A DNA stretch of 50,316 bases from Veleropilina oligotropha (lineage: Eukaryota). The translations under genes were made by a program, and so were the position numbers. Position 1 is the first letter of the stretch. Each line of letters begins with the position of its first letter. The notes beneath the pieces were generated by a model that saw only the letters and a list, made by a program, of their open reading frames with translations, did no database searches and was not told the DNA's origin. The stretch covers positions 186,001-236,316 of the forward strand of contig JBEUKZ010000013.1 in assembly GCA_048128005.1 (NCBI GenBank), in the 5' to 3' direction. This document shows, piece after piece, positions 14,295 to 24,423 of the stretch.

Positions 14295-15077
14295 ATGTCA
14301 ATTCACAGTGGGGAAAAATCATATCAATGCGGTGAATGTAATGACTCATTTTCACAAGAAAAAACTCTTACTACACACATGGTGATGCATATGGATACAA
14401 AGAAAAATGCATGTACAGTGTGCAACCTGACATTTTCAAGACTAAATGAGTTTACCAGACACATGCGAAGCCATCCTGGGGAGAAAGCCTACCAATGTGG
14501 CCACTGCGATCATCGATGTTCAACTGCAAGCAATCTTAGGTCACACATGCGAGTTCATTCCGGGGAGAAACCATACCAATGTTTCGTTTGCAATAAGACA
14601 TTTTCACAGTCGGGTAGCCTTAAATCACATATGGTAACCCATACTGAGGAAACGCCCTATCAGTGCGCTGAGTGTAGTAAGACATTTGCACAATCAAGTC
14701 ATCTTAAGAGACACATGCGAATCCATACCGGGGAGAAACCATACCAATGCGTTGTGTGTCATCAGGCCTTTTCGCGCTCTGGTAATCTTAAGACACACAT
14801 GTTTATCCATACTATGGAGAAGCCACACCAGTGTCACGTGTGTTGTAAGACGTTTGCACAATCAAGTACTCTTAGGACTCACATGCGAATCCATACGGGG
14901 GAGAAACCATATCAATGCGTTGTGTGTGATCGGACATTTTCGCAGTCGAGCAGTCTTAAGATACACATGGTTACCCATACCATGGAGAAGTCACACAGGT
15001 GTGATGTGTGTAGCAAGACTTTTGCACTACCACATTATCTTAACAGCCACATGCGAGTCCATACTAAGATATATTAA
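14295..15077 (+). CDS. C2H2 zinc-finger protein, 9 tandem fingers (paralog A)
   Basis: Nine CxxC-x12-HxxxH units with TGEKP/TMEKP linkers; ATG in AAAATG context; upstream splice acceptor TTCCTTTTATTCCAG ending at 13997. Confidence 0.92.
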   Translation: MSIHSGEKSYQCGECNDSFSQEKTLTTHMVMHMDTKKNACTVCNLTFSRLNEFTRHMRSHPGEKAYQCGHCDHRCSTASNLRSHMRVHSGEKPYQCFVCNKTFSQSGSLKSHMVTHTEETPYQCAECSKTFAQSSHLKRHMRIHTGEKPYQCVVCHQAFSRSGNLKTHMFIHTMEKPHQCHVCCKTFAQSSTLRTHMRIHTGEKPYQCVVCDRTFSQSSSLKIHMVTHTMEKSHRCDVCSKTFALPHYLNSHMRVHTKIY

Positions 15078-15710
15078 TTCATCAGTGCACTGTATGTCGG
15101 CAGAAATTTCCACATGGTATACTTTACTAAAACGGCACACGCCTATCTGACTCACAAAACCACGTGAGCCAGGTGTTTATGATAAATGCTCAAGATATAA
15201 TTAGCATCTATAGAACATTTCATTTATCTTGTGTATATTTAGTGTTGTATTCTACTGACATGAATCAATTCAAAATGCCTGGGCCCAAGATTATAAAGAA
15301 ACTATGATACTCCGCTCAGACTCTGCTCAAGCCCCTAAGTACGTACTCCCGCGAGTTTGAGATGAAAATTTATATTATAAAAGCCGCCGAGCGTGTGCTC
15401 GGCTGAGTATGTGTCTGCGTTCGACGAGTTGCTCGAATCCTTGACGCAAACGAGATTTATATAACTCTTCATTGTTTTCGCCCATTGAGGTTACGAATGT
15501 TATGGCGTTCCTGTCGTCTGCTGTTGTCAATTTCATAAACAAAATAGCTTGCGTGAATCTGGTGGGAGCTTTGAAAAAGTGAAATAAAAAATGTGGGTTG
15601 AGGACGTAATTAAAAGATAATGAATGTCACATAAGATGCAAATAAGATATCGAAAGTAATTTTTGTGCATTATTAGTGTAATTATATTTGTGTCAGTTAA
15701 TATCGTAGAT

Positions 15711-15859
15711 ATATATAGAATACTACAATATGTGTCGATAAATACCATTTTTATGTCTGACGGTATCTGAACGAGCGAAAGCGAGTTCAGATACCGTCAG
15801 ACATATACGAGTCACGTAAAAATGATATATATCGACAACCAGTGTAGTATTTTGTTTAT
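15711..15859. repeat. Long imperfect palindrome
   Basis: ATGTCTGACGGTATCTGAAC-GAGCGAAAGCGA-GTTCAGATACCGTCAGACAT, with outer arms AATACTACA..GTCGATA / TATCGAC..TGTAGTATT. Confidence 0.85.
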
Positions 15860-17079
15860 TACTCATGACATTTTTGTTGAAATACTTGTTTTGTTATCGT
15901 ATTTCTGCGTATAAACCCGAATATTGTTGCCAACAGCATTTGCTAGGAATTGCTTGTTCACCAATGAAGAAAATAATTACCTGGCGCACTATTAATATAT
16001 AGAGCGTTCTTGTAACAACATTAAAGAAATAAAAATAACCGAACGTCTTGTAACAATAAAAAGATGTCTAATTAAGTATGTTTTAATGACCACTATCATC
16101 TATATTTTAAAGAGAGGTTTCAAAACAACAACACGTAGGCCTACTTGATTGATAGCGCCAAATTTGCATATGTCGTTTTCATCGTTGTACACTTCAGCGT
16201 AGATTGTTTTGTCTGGATCGCTAGCTATGCGATCATGACGTACGTTGACCACACAGCAATATGTCGGTGGCGTAAAATGGAATTGAAGATATTCAATGAC
16301 TATACACTGTGTACATTAAATGTGGAGTTGTCGTCACATTTATCGAGGTTGGAGCTGCTGAAATATCAACGCTATCGAACTGATGAGATTGCAAAGTTGA
16401 CGATACTGTATGCATAGTGAAAATGCTGCTGCAGTTATTGATGCTGCGTGCGGTTTTATGTCCGGAAATCTGCATATTTTTATGAATGAGACCTTATTTT
16501 ATGAAGACTCATCTTTTTTCTCCCCGAGTGCTTTGTGACACGTTTACCAGTGATGCCCACTGCAAACGTCATTCATTTCATTGTGCCAGCATGTTGTTTT
16601 GATCAACTTGTTGACGTTTGAACCAGGGGTGGTTTTTAGCAGGCGCTGCTTTCCAATTTGTTGCCACATAAAACTGCCCTCACGGTGGCATAAAGCTTAT
16701 AAATGGATATCGAACATCTTGTCGATCGTTTCCCAAGCACGAGGACGAACAACACGGACATTGCGGATATCACTGCCGGTGCGTGTTCTAGTTATATTCG
16801 AGAAACTCTATTATTTCTAAATACTAGTTCATTGTGGCTACATTTACATATATGAATATTCATATGTTACGAATGTTTTGTCATTTTAATGATATTTTCA
16901 TTGATTTATAAGATATCGTTCAGACGGCAGCCGTGAGACATTTGTTTGATAGTACAAGCTGTAACATTCATCAATGAAAAAAGAACCCCGTGACCTGACA
17001 TCAGCAGACTGCTATTGTCCAATCAAAATTGATGGTTGGAGGTCAATCGTTTATCCAGCACCCGTATGATACGAGATAT

Positions 17080-20000
17080 GTAGTTACAAACATACTTACG
17101 TCCTTACTCTTGCCATAATAGTAATATTATCGCTAACCGGAAACAGTGAATAAGTCACATTATGCACTCTTTATAAGTCAAAACGTACCACGGTTACCTC
17201 CCCTGCTCCCGCTCTCCTAAGTTCCCCCAGCGAGATCTCGCCAAGTCTCGCGAGACTTCCGAACCATCGAAGTCACAAGGCCTTAATTCAAAGTTTTCCG
17301 CCGAGACGGAAAGACGTGTTTTTTGCTCCGCAAATATTTCGAAATGTCCGCCGATTTATACGTTAAATCGAGGACGCTATAATTCTTATATATTAATATA
17401 TAAGTGGTGGAATATACCCTGTGTTGTGGATATCTAAAACACAAGTGAATATAGGAAGATTGTGATTCTAAACTTCGAGAAGTTCTGAAAATCAAGTGAA
17501 ACCGACATCGCCGCTGTTGCTGGGAAAAAGCATGGAGCCGCTCAGAGGGGACGTTTCGTGTAATAAGAAGAAATTTCTGGTCGGTATTTTTATCTGATAT
17601 TGTTTGAGACTGCAAACAGGTAACTCATTATATTGGATAATTCCTTAACGACGCTATTGCTGGTTATTATACATGTATAAAAATTCTAGGTCGTTAATAG
17701 GCAGGATCGTTTAGATATCACGCTTGCGTTTTTCTGTTATCCTGCCGTTTCTGGGATAATACACAATTGTACTAACATAAAAACATCCACGAGGTTTTCA
17801 GGTGTTTTTCTGGGCAGTTTTTTCTAAGAAAGAACCCCCGTTTGTTCTAGTCAATTTGCCGGGTTTTTTACCGGGTCGTGTCGGGTAAATACCCGACCTC
17901 GGTGTCCCCAGTTCGGGTTTTTTGCGTTTTTGCGGTATATCGCCTGATCTTTGATCTTCAGATCAGGGCAATTTTAAGAGTTGTCGTAGTAAATAGTCAC
18001 AACTACCAAATATATACTTTTAACTACCCCGTTCCACCCACTACTACCCTCCCGTGTATTCAGGGAGAGGGAAGTATGGTCCGGTGCAACTCCGGGTGTA
18101 ACCCGAAGTTTCACGGATTTCTAGGCGCACGGAATGCCGTGTTCACCGTATATATATATATATGTGAACTGTGCCTAGATTTAACAGCAGACAGTGGGCG
18201 ATCGTATATCCACCGATGACGCCGACCAGTGCGGTTACCACGGTGGGTTCTCCCCCGAGAAGGGACAAAATGGTAGGTTAAAGGGAATTAACGTTTTTTT
18301 GTCTACTTCAGGGACGCTGGACGACAGTAGACCTTAAGGGCCGTCTGTCGGCGGATCTACCGGCGTAACCTCCGCGACTCGTGGGGGAGTCGCCGTAACC
18401 TTGCCGGGACCCCAGATTCAGGTAGGAGCCCGAGTGCTGTTCGATCCTCCTAAAACGGGCCTAGTAACTGCAGCCAACCATACCTTGCCGGCTAGCAAGG
18501 TATATCTGGCAACGCAGCGAACCGCTGAACAGGGCAGACATTCCCCATCCTTTTCTTCGGCCTCGAAGAATAGGGGACAGTTAGTCCTTCTGCGAGAAAC
18601 TCTCCGTCTAGCGACGGGGACAGACTCAATGCAGAGAAAGCCTTTAAAGAGGCCGGGCACCTACTTGTAGGTCTAAGACTCGGACAATCGGCGACACCTG
18701 AATCCTCGTTCGAGACCGACGCGACTACCCCTAAGGGTTTTCCGCTCAACCTCGATGCTCACGAGCTTTTCAGAGGGCCCGTTCTCTCCCGTGCACCCAC
18801 GATGGTCACGCTAGAGAACGTGGACAGACCGGCTGCGTTCGGGACGGGGTTCTACGGCGGTTTTCCGACCGTGCCTCTCGCGAACAGAGTGGTAGACCGA
18901 TACGGACTGTTGCCGCAGTCCTACCGGTCGTCCGGCCCACCGAACGCGCCTCCGGGCCGTTCTTTCGGGTTCGACCACTCGACACGTGTCCCGAGACCCT
19001 AAAATAGGGTTCTCGGCTACACCTGTCCATGCAGCCCGTCTACTTAGCGCCACGGTGACTTCGACCGAACTACCGGCTGTTAGTTCGACGCCCGTCATGC
19101 CTCCGGGTTTCTCTTTAGAGAACGTCCAGGCTATGTTCGCGGCGGAGTTAGAGTCCCGATGTCGGGCCTGGCAACCGGCTTCCTAGCCGCTCCAGGTACC
19201 TACACCTCTGCCTGTGGCGCAGAGCACGGCTCCTGCCTCCGTGGTGGGGATCGAACCTCGTTCCGACGAGGACCTCGACTCCACTCACTCCGACCTCCCT
19301 GTATCGGTCGGGCCCGAAGACGCTGGTAGTCTTCCAGGCACGCAGGAGCCGACCTCCACCACCCGCCGAACTCGACGCTGTTGCGTCACTTCGCGGGGTG
19401 CTTGACCTGCCGGAACCGACTCGGTCGTATGTAGGCCCGGTCAAGCACAGGACGGCGGCGCATCGGTTTGTTGAGAAGGAAGCCCCCTTGCTTCCTTCCT
19501 TACCTCAGTCTGGGCTGATTGATCGGGTGTTGACTCGACAACCAAGCTCAGTCGGGGGCGCAATCCGGTGGAGTCCTCCCCACTGACCGAGTACCCTTCG
19601 GGGTTCCGTAGTGGGAGGTACCTCCGGGCCAGTTCGCGTTCGATCCCGTTCGCATGTACTGGTCCGTGCCTGGCGACTGAGCCGGTTCGTGTTGACGCAG
19701 CGTTGCGTTGACTGACCGCCAGTCACACTCCCTCTGTAGCGAGAGTTCCTGGGTTCGCCTTGGAAGCTTTCGAGAGCTCCGCCCGATGGGCTCTGCGGCC
19801 GTCGTCCGTTCAGGATTTTTCCTAGACGGGACGATAGCCGTATTACAGGAGGATGGACCCGGCGCCCGTGGGCTGCCCTGTCCTTCCTCCAGGAGGTTGC
19901 TGCCGTTATGGAGACCAACGCGTTGGAGACGGGACGTGTCCTGGGTAACACCTACTTCGTAGGGACGCTTACCTGAAAGACACCTCGCTAGTTGAGGCCA

Positions 20001-22035
20001 CCCGGCGCTCATTGCGATGCGTGCCTTGCTCGGCCACCACTCTATTTGCCGACGATTTCTCGGAATTCGTTGACAGAGAGCGGCGGACCTGACGGACCGT
20101 ACCATAGAGTAGGCGGTGCTGCACCCCCCGGGGGTCCACCCGCCGACTCGAGGAAGCGTTCAGGGCCCACCTGGACCCCGAAGCCTTCCAAGCGTGCATG
20201 GCCCTCTTCTGGTGGTAGGCCCCGGCCATTAACCCACTCCGAAGAGGCAAGCACCTCCAACAAGCTCCCGTACGCAGAGCGGGAGAGGGAAGCCTCGGCC
20301 CTAGGGCTGCCGGCACACACGACAGTCCCAGCTACCCGCTTCCACCGGTTGAAGCGTATCTGTTAGCGTACAGCCAGCCGTGGCTAGACTACCAGACAGT
20401 AGCTAGGTCCCTCCGTCGTGAGTGCCGGATACAAGTTGGTTCAACCGGCATCCGACCCTAAACGAGGCACCACCACCAAGACACGCTCGCCTCCTAAACG
20501 GAGAGAAGCGAGCGGTCTTAGACCAGGCAGTGCGGGACCTACTCCTCAATGAGCAATATATCCCGCGCCGCCCAGCACACCAGGATAATACAGCCATTTC
20601 TTCCTGGTCCCGAACCGATGGCCGCTAGCGACCGATCTTCGATCTCTCGTAAACTATATCTTCGTACCGAGAAATTCCAGCAGGAAACCCTCTCGAAGAT
20701 ACGAGCGGCCATCCGTCCGGGCGACTGGGCAGCGTCTATCGATCTGACCGACGCGTATCTGCATGTCCCGATGCATATCACGGCTCATCAGTACCTTCGG
20801 TTTATACACGGGGAGACGATCTACCATTCAGGTGCCTACCGTTCGGTCTATCGTCAGCCCCGTACGTCTTCACGAGAACAGTACAGGCCCTTAGGGCCTT
20901 CCTACACTCTCTAGGGCTCAGGGTACATATATACCTCGACGACTGGCTGATCCTAGGGGCGTCCCGAGATCTGTGCCTCCGGTCTACGAGCTTTACCCTG
21001 TCATCAACGAAGCGCCTGGGATTTCAGATCAACGAGACAAAATCCGGCTTCGTGCCCTCGACGACGTTTACGTTTCTCGGGGTCGACTTCGATACGGTCC
21101 GGTACACCGCGAAACCGACCCAGAAACGTATGCGGAACCTACGCGCGGTTATCCAAGACACCCTGTCATCGGACATAACTACAGCGCGACAACTGGCCAC
21201 TGTCCTGGGGCACTTCGAGTCGGTAGCGACCCTGCTACCGACGGGTCACATGGACAATCGACCGTTACACCAGGCATTCAGGGATCGCTGGATACAACGG
21301 ACGGGGCAGTGGACCGATCGCATCGATCTTCGGCATTGGTTTACCAGCACAACAGCAGTGTGGTTGAACCCTGCTTTGTCAGACCAGTCGGTTCCTATAT
21401 CCCCGCCAGAGCCGAACGCTTACCTGTTCACAGACGCTTCGAACGACGGCTGGGGTGGTCACCTCGACAGTTACGAGACATCAGGCCTATGGCCGACGGA
21501 CCTTCAGGGACGACATATCAACTTCCTAGAGTTAGAAGCCGTCTACCTGTCAGTACGGTCCCTCTCGTCACATCTCCGCTACAAGCACATAATGCTCGCC
21601 ACGGACTACACGACTGTCGTCGCTTACATCCAGCACCAGGGCGGCACTCGCTCGCGTCCCCTTTGCGACCGAGCAATAGACCTACACCGCTTAGTGATGT
21701 CCCTCAACTCGACGATTCGAGCCCGACACATCCCGGGAAAGCTGAATGTCAGAGCGGATTCGCTCTCTCGGAAATCACAGATAATACACACAGAGTGGAC
21801 GCTACACAGCCGAGTAGCTCGGGACGTTTGCCGCCGGTGGTCGCAACCCCAAGTCGATCTGTTTGCAACAGAGTTCAATTACCGACTACCTCTGTATGTC
21901 TCCCCGTACCCGGACCCGGCCGCCCTAGCGGTCGACGCACTGTCAATGACATGGGAGATTCTGTCCGCGTATGCCTTCCCCCCGTCGTGCATTCTAACAC
22001 TGGTATTACAGAAGGCATCGAACGACGTTAGAAGA
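17080..22035 (+). mobile_element. DIRS1-like retrotransposon, decayed and 3'-truncated (no tyrosine recombinase present)
   Basis: GC-rich block with DIRS-type RT, RNase H and methyltransferase motifs in order; the 5' boundary is approximate. Confidence 0.85.
20420..22035 (+). pseudogene. DIRS pol: RT - RNase H - DNA N6-adenine methyltransferase-like domain, frameshifted
   Basis: SHFFLVP..RPIFDLS, KFQQETL..GDWAASIDLTDAYLHVP, LPFGLSSAP, YLDD (20932-20943); LFTDAS..GWG, HINFLELEAV, HIPGKLNVRADSLSR; VDLFAT..YVSP..DAL..W..YAFPP. Confidence 0.92.
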
Positions 22036-22374
22036 CTCAAAGAAGACGCTCGACAAGTATCCATCAGCGAAGTTCCTTCAGAACTGCCGGACGCACAGCC
22101 CCCAAAACACAGTGGTAATACCCCCCCCCCCCCCCCGGGGGGCCGAGGTGACCGCGGTCGAAAAGGACATTCGCGCCGTACAGTCAGCTACACGGAAATC
22201 GGACCCATTGAATTGGGCCCCAACCATCTTCGCTGCAGGCGGGGTTGCGTTGTTATTTGTTCTCTAGAAACGCAGCAGTGGTTCCTCCACACCACATCAA
22301 CAGCCACCAGCACAGGCGAGGCAGCCCACCACCACCGAATTGGAGACTAGGCCCAACCCTTTTGATATGCGATA
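22035..22374 (+). pseudogene. C-terminal remnant of a small membrane-anchored ORF of the virus-like element
   Basis: Frame reading ..DPLNWAPTIFAAGGVALLFVL*KRSSG..ETRPNPFDMR*; one hydrophobic helix and an internal stop. Confidence 0.45.
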
Positions 22375-22387
22375 GTAGCAGTACAAC

Positions 22388-22626
22388 ATGACTACCCCGA
22401 TTACTGATGGAAAGCTGCTCGGAAATGCCGCCTACCATTCGGCCATAGTATCTGGCCTTGCCATCGGCTACTCAGCCTGATAAAGATGGCTTTCAAGGGG
22501 GTAAGCCCCAAGCTGGACTTCACCGGTTACGATGTCGGGATGGTGGTCCTCGACGTAGCGTTCGCCATGGCGACGAAAGATATGCTGATCAAGCAGGGCA
22601 TCATTCCGGCCGACGTTTTGAAGTAG
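22388..22626 (+). pseudogene. Small ~79 aa two-helix hydrophobic protein (one frameshift)
   Basis: MTTPITDGKLLGNAAYHSAIVSGLAIGYS / LIKMAFKGVSPKLDFTGYDVGMVVLDVAFAMATKDMLIKQGIIPADVLK*; missed by the ORF track because of a frameshift near 22475. Confidence 0.65.
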
Positions 22627-22656
22627 TGGGACCTGCTAGATAATCGCAGCACTTCA

Positions 22657-23084
22657 ATGGCTTCCATTGCGATGCTGGTTGGGGGCGCTCTCGTCAACGC
22701 CCTCGCCTTCAGCGGGTCCAACTTCCTATTCTCGAAGCTACGCAGCTCCGGTGTTGATGAGGAGCGTAAACGCCACGACAAAGCCGTAGAGCACCTCCAG
22801 GCCGCTCAGACTACATGGTCACAAAAGCGGGCAGAGCGTCTCGATTGGCTTAACGTTGAACTTCGCCGCCAGGGTCATGCCGTTGGCACTTTCCGGGATG
22901 TTGACGCCGCGATCCGTGAGTATGCATTGATCACCGGCAAGAACCTTGACCCCGCCCTGGGGGTGGCCCTGAGCCCGCCCTGTCTGACTACTACATGCCG
23001 AGTGATGACCAGAAAAAGCGTGAGATCACATTCGTCATTCTTGAGATGGCTGTGACCGGGTTGGTCGCCTACAAGCTCGCCTAA
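22657..23084 (+). pseudogene. Small protein: hydrophobic N-terminus, coiled coil, C-terminal membrane helix (frameshift near 22965)
   Basis: MASIAMLVGGALVNALAFSGSNFLFSKL..EERKRHDKAVEHLQ.., then in a shifted frame GPEPALSDYYMPSDDQKKREITFVILEMAVTGLVAYKLA*. Confidence 0.7.
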
Positions 23085-23129
23085 GTGCTATTATTTCCGT
23101 GTTTGGACATTTTTTCGTGTGCGTATAGG

Positions 23130-23402
23130 ATGGGGCTCCCAGAAGAGCTGTACTTTGCTATGCTTGCGGTCAGCGGGGTGGGCCTTGCCGCCCTTGGTAC
23201 TACGTCACTCGACTGCTGGCGGCGCAACGAAAAGACTATGGTGCGGTTCGCGGCCATGGTGCTCTCGGGCCTGACCAACCTACGGGCGACGACTGGGCAG
23301 CTTCCGGAGCCGGTCGCTGAAGCCTGTTGGAGACTGATCACGTTGCTGGAATACCTCGCAAGCCTCGATGGCAGCGAAGAGACAACAGCCCCTGATGGCT
23401 AA
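23130..23402 (+). CDS. Small ~90 aa hydrophobic hypothetical protein
   Basis: ATG at 23130, MGLPEELYFAMLAVSGVGLAALG..; its stop overlaps the probable integrase start (ATGGCTAA). Confidence 0.5.
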   Translation: MGLPEELYFAMLAVSGVGLAALGTTSLDCWRRNEKTMVRFAAMVLSGLTNLRATTGQLPEPVAEACWRLITLLEYLASLDGSEETTAPDG

Positions 23403-24423
23403 AGAACTCGACCGGAAGCTTGCGAATGGCTACTATAGCCCCCGAGGATACTGGAAAGGGATCACCGCGATAAAACATCTCTCGGCCGCAGTAGATGTCT
23501 CTGAAGACGTGGCCCGGGATTGGCTGAAGAAGCAGGCCATCTGGCAAATCTATTTACCTGCGCCACGGCGGATTCCAAGACCAAAATTTGACGTCGTAAC
23601 GCCAAATGAGGTTCACCAAGCCGACCTCCTGTTTCTGCCCCATGACACAGTGGGCTTGGCACGAAAGCAACGGAGCTATAGGTATGCGCTGACGGTTGTT
23701 GGCGTCGCCTCACGCTACAAAGAGGCTGAGCCTCTTTCCACAAAAGAGGTCAAAGAGGTTGCTGAAGCTCTGTCTCGAATCTACAGGCGGAGTCCTCTTA
23801 GCTGGCCGAAACTGCTTCAAGTCGACCCAGGGAGGGAGTTTATGGGCGCGGTCTCCCAGCTCCTGGCTACAAATAACGTCGAGGTTAGGCGTGGCCGTGT
23901 GGATATTCATCACGACCAAGGGATCGTGGAGCGCTTCAACCGGACGCTCGCTGAGCGGCTCTTCGGGCACCAGTATGCAAAAGAGATGCGTTTCGTAGGG
24001 ACTGCAAAAGAGGGTCAAAGGTCGACTGAGTGGGTGGCCAGGCTGCCCGCCGTTGTTGCGGCCTTGAATGGGAAAGTGACCCGCCTCACCGGTAAAAAGC
24101 CCAAGGACGCCATCAAGGCGCCTCGCGTTGTACAAAATCCTTCTTCCACTGTTCCAGGCCGACAGGGGAAGGAACAGAAACTCCCCTCTGACGTAGATGT
24201 TCGCTACCTATACCAGCCCGGCGAGTTGGAGGGTGGTCGCCGGCGAGCGACGGACCCGGTGTGGTCTTTGACGGTTCACCGGCTTGGACGCTCCATCACC
24301 AAACCTGACGAGCCTGTGCTCTACTACTTGTTCGATGGACCACCGCGTGGGTTTGTTCGAGGGGAACTTCTTGTGGTGCCTCGTGACACCCAGCTGCCGC
24401 CGGTTGGAGTTCTCAAACGTTGA
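23368..24423 (+). CDS. Retroviral-like (rve) DDE integrase, Polinton type
   Basis: YYSPRG N-terminus; HQADLLFL (D), LQVDPGREF (D), GIVERFNRTL (E); TDPVWS..YYL..RGFVRGELL C-terminus; the true start may be ATG 23395. Confidence 0.92.
   Translation: MAAKRQQPLMAKELDRKLANGYYSPRGYWKGITAIKHLSAAVDVSEDVARDWLKKQAIWQIYLPAPRRIPRPKFDVVTPNEVHQADLLFLPHDTVGLARKQRSYRYALTVVGVASRYKEAEPLSTKEVKEVAEALSRIYRRSPLSWPKLLQVDPGREFMGAVSQLLATNNVEVRRGRVDIHHDQGIVERFNRTLAERLFGHQYAKEMRFVGTAKEGQRSTEWVARLPAVVAALNGKVTRLTGKKPKDAIKAPRVVQNPSSTVPGRQGKEQKLPSDVDVRYLYQPGELEGGRRRATDPVWSLTVHRLGRSITKPDEPVLYYLFDGPPRGFVRGELLVVPRDTQLPPVGVLKR

Noticed and set aside
14446..15150. Alternate-frame ORFs over the zinc-finger genes (also 38482-39077)
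   Set aside because: They are by-products of the repetitive finger coding sequence.
18400..20400. Many short ORFs in the DIRS 5' half
   Set aside because: Probably fragments of a decayed gag-like ORF, but I could not assign a frame or motifs reliably.
20973..22031. 352-aa ORF overlapping the DIRS pol in another frame
   Set aside because: No recognisable domain. It could be the overlapping N-terminal part of a DIRS recombinase ORF, but no tyrosine-recombinase motif is present, so it was not called.
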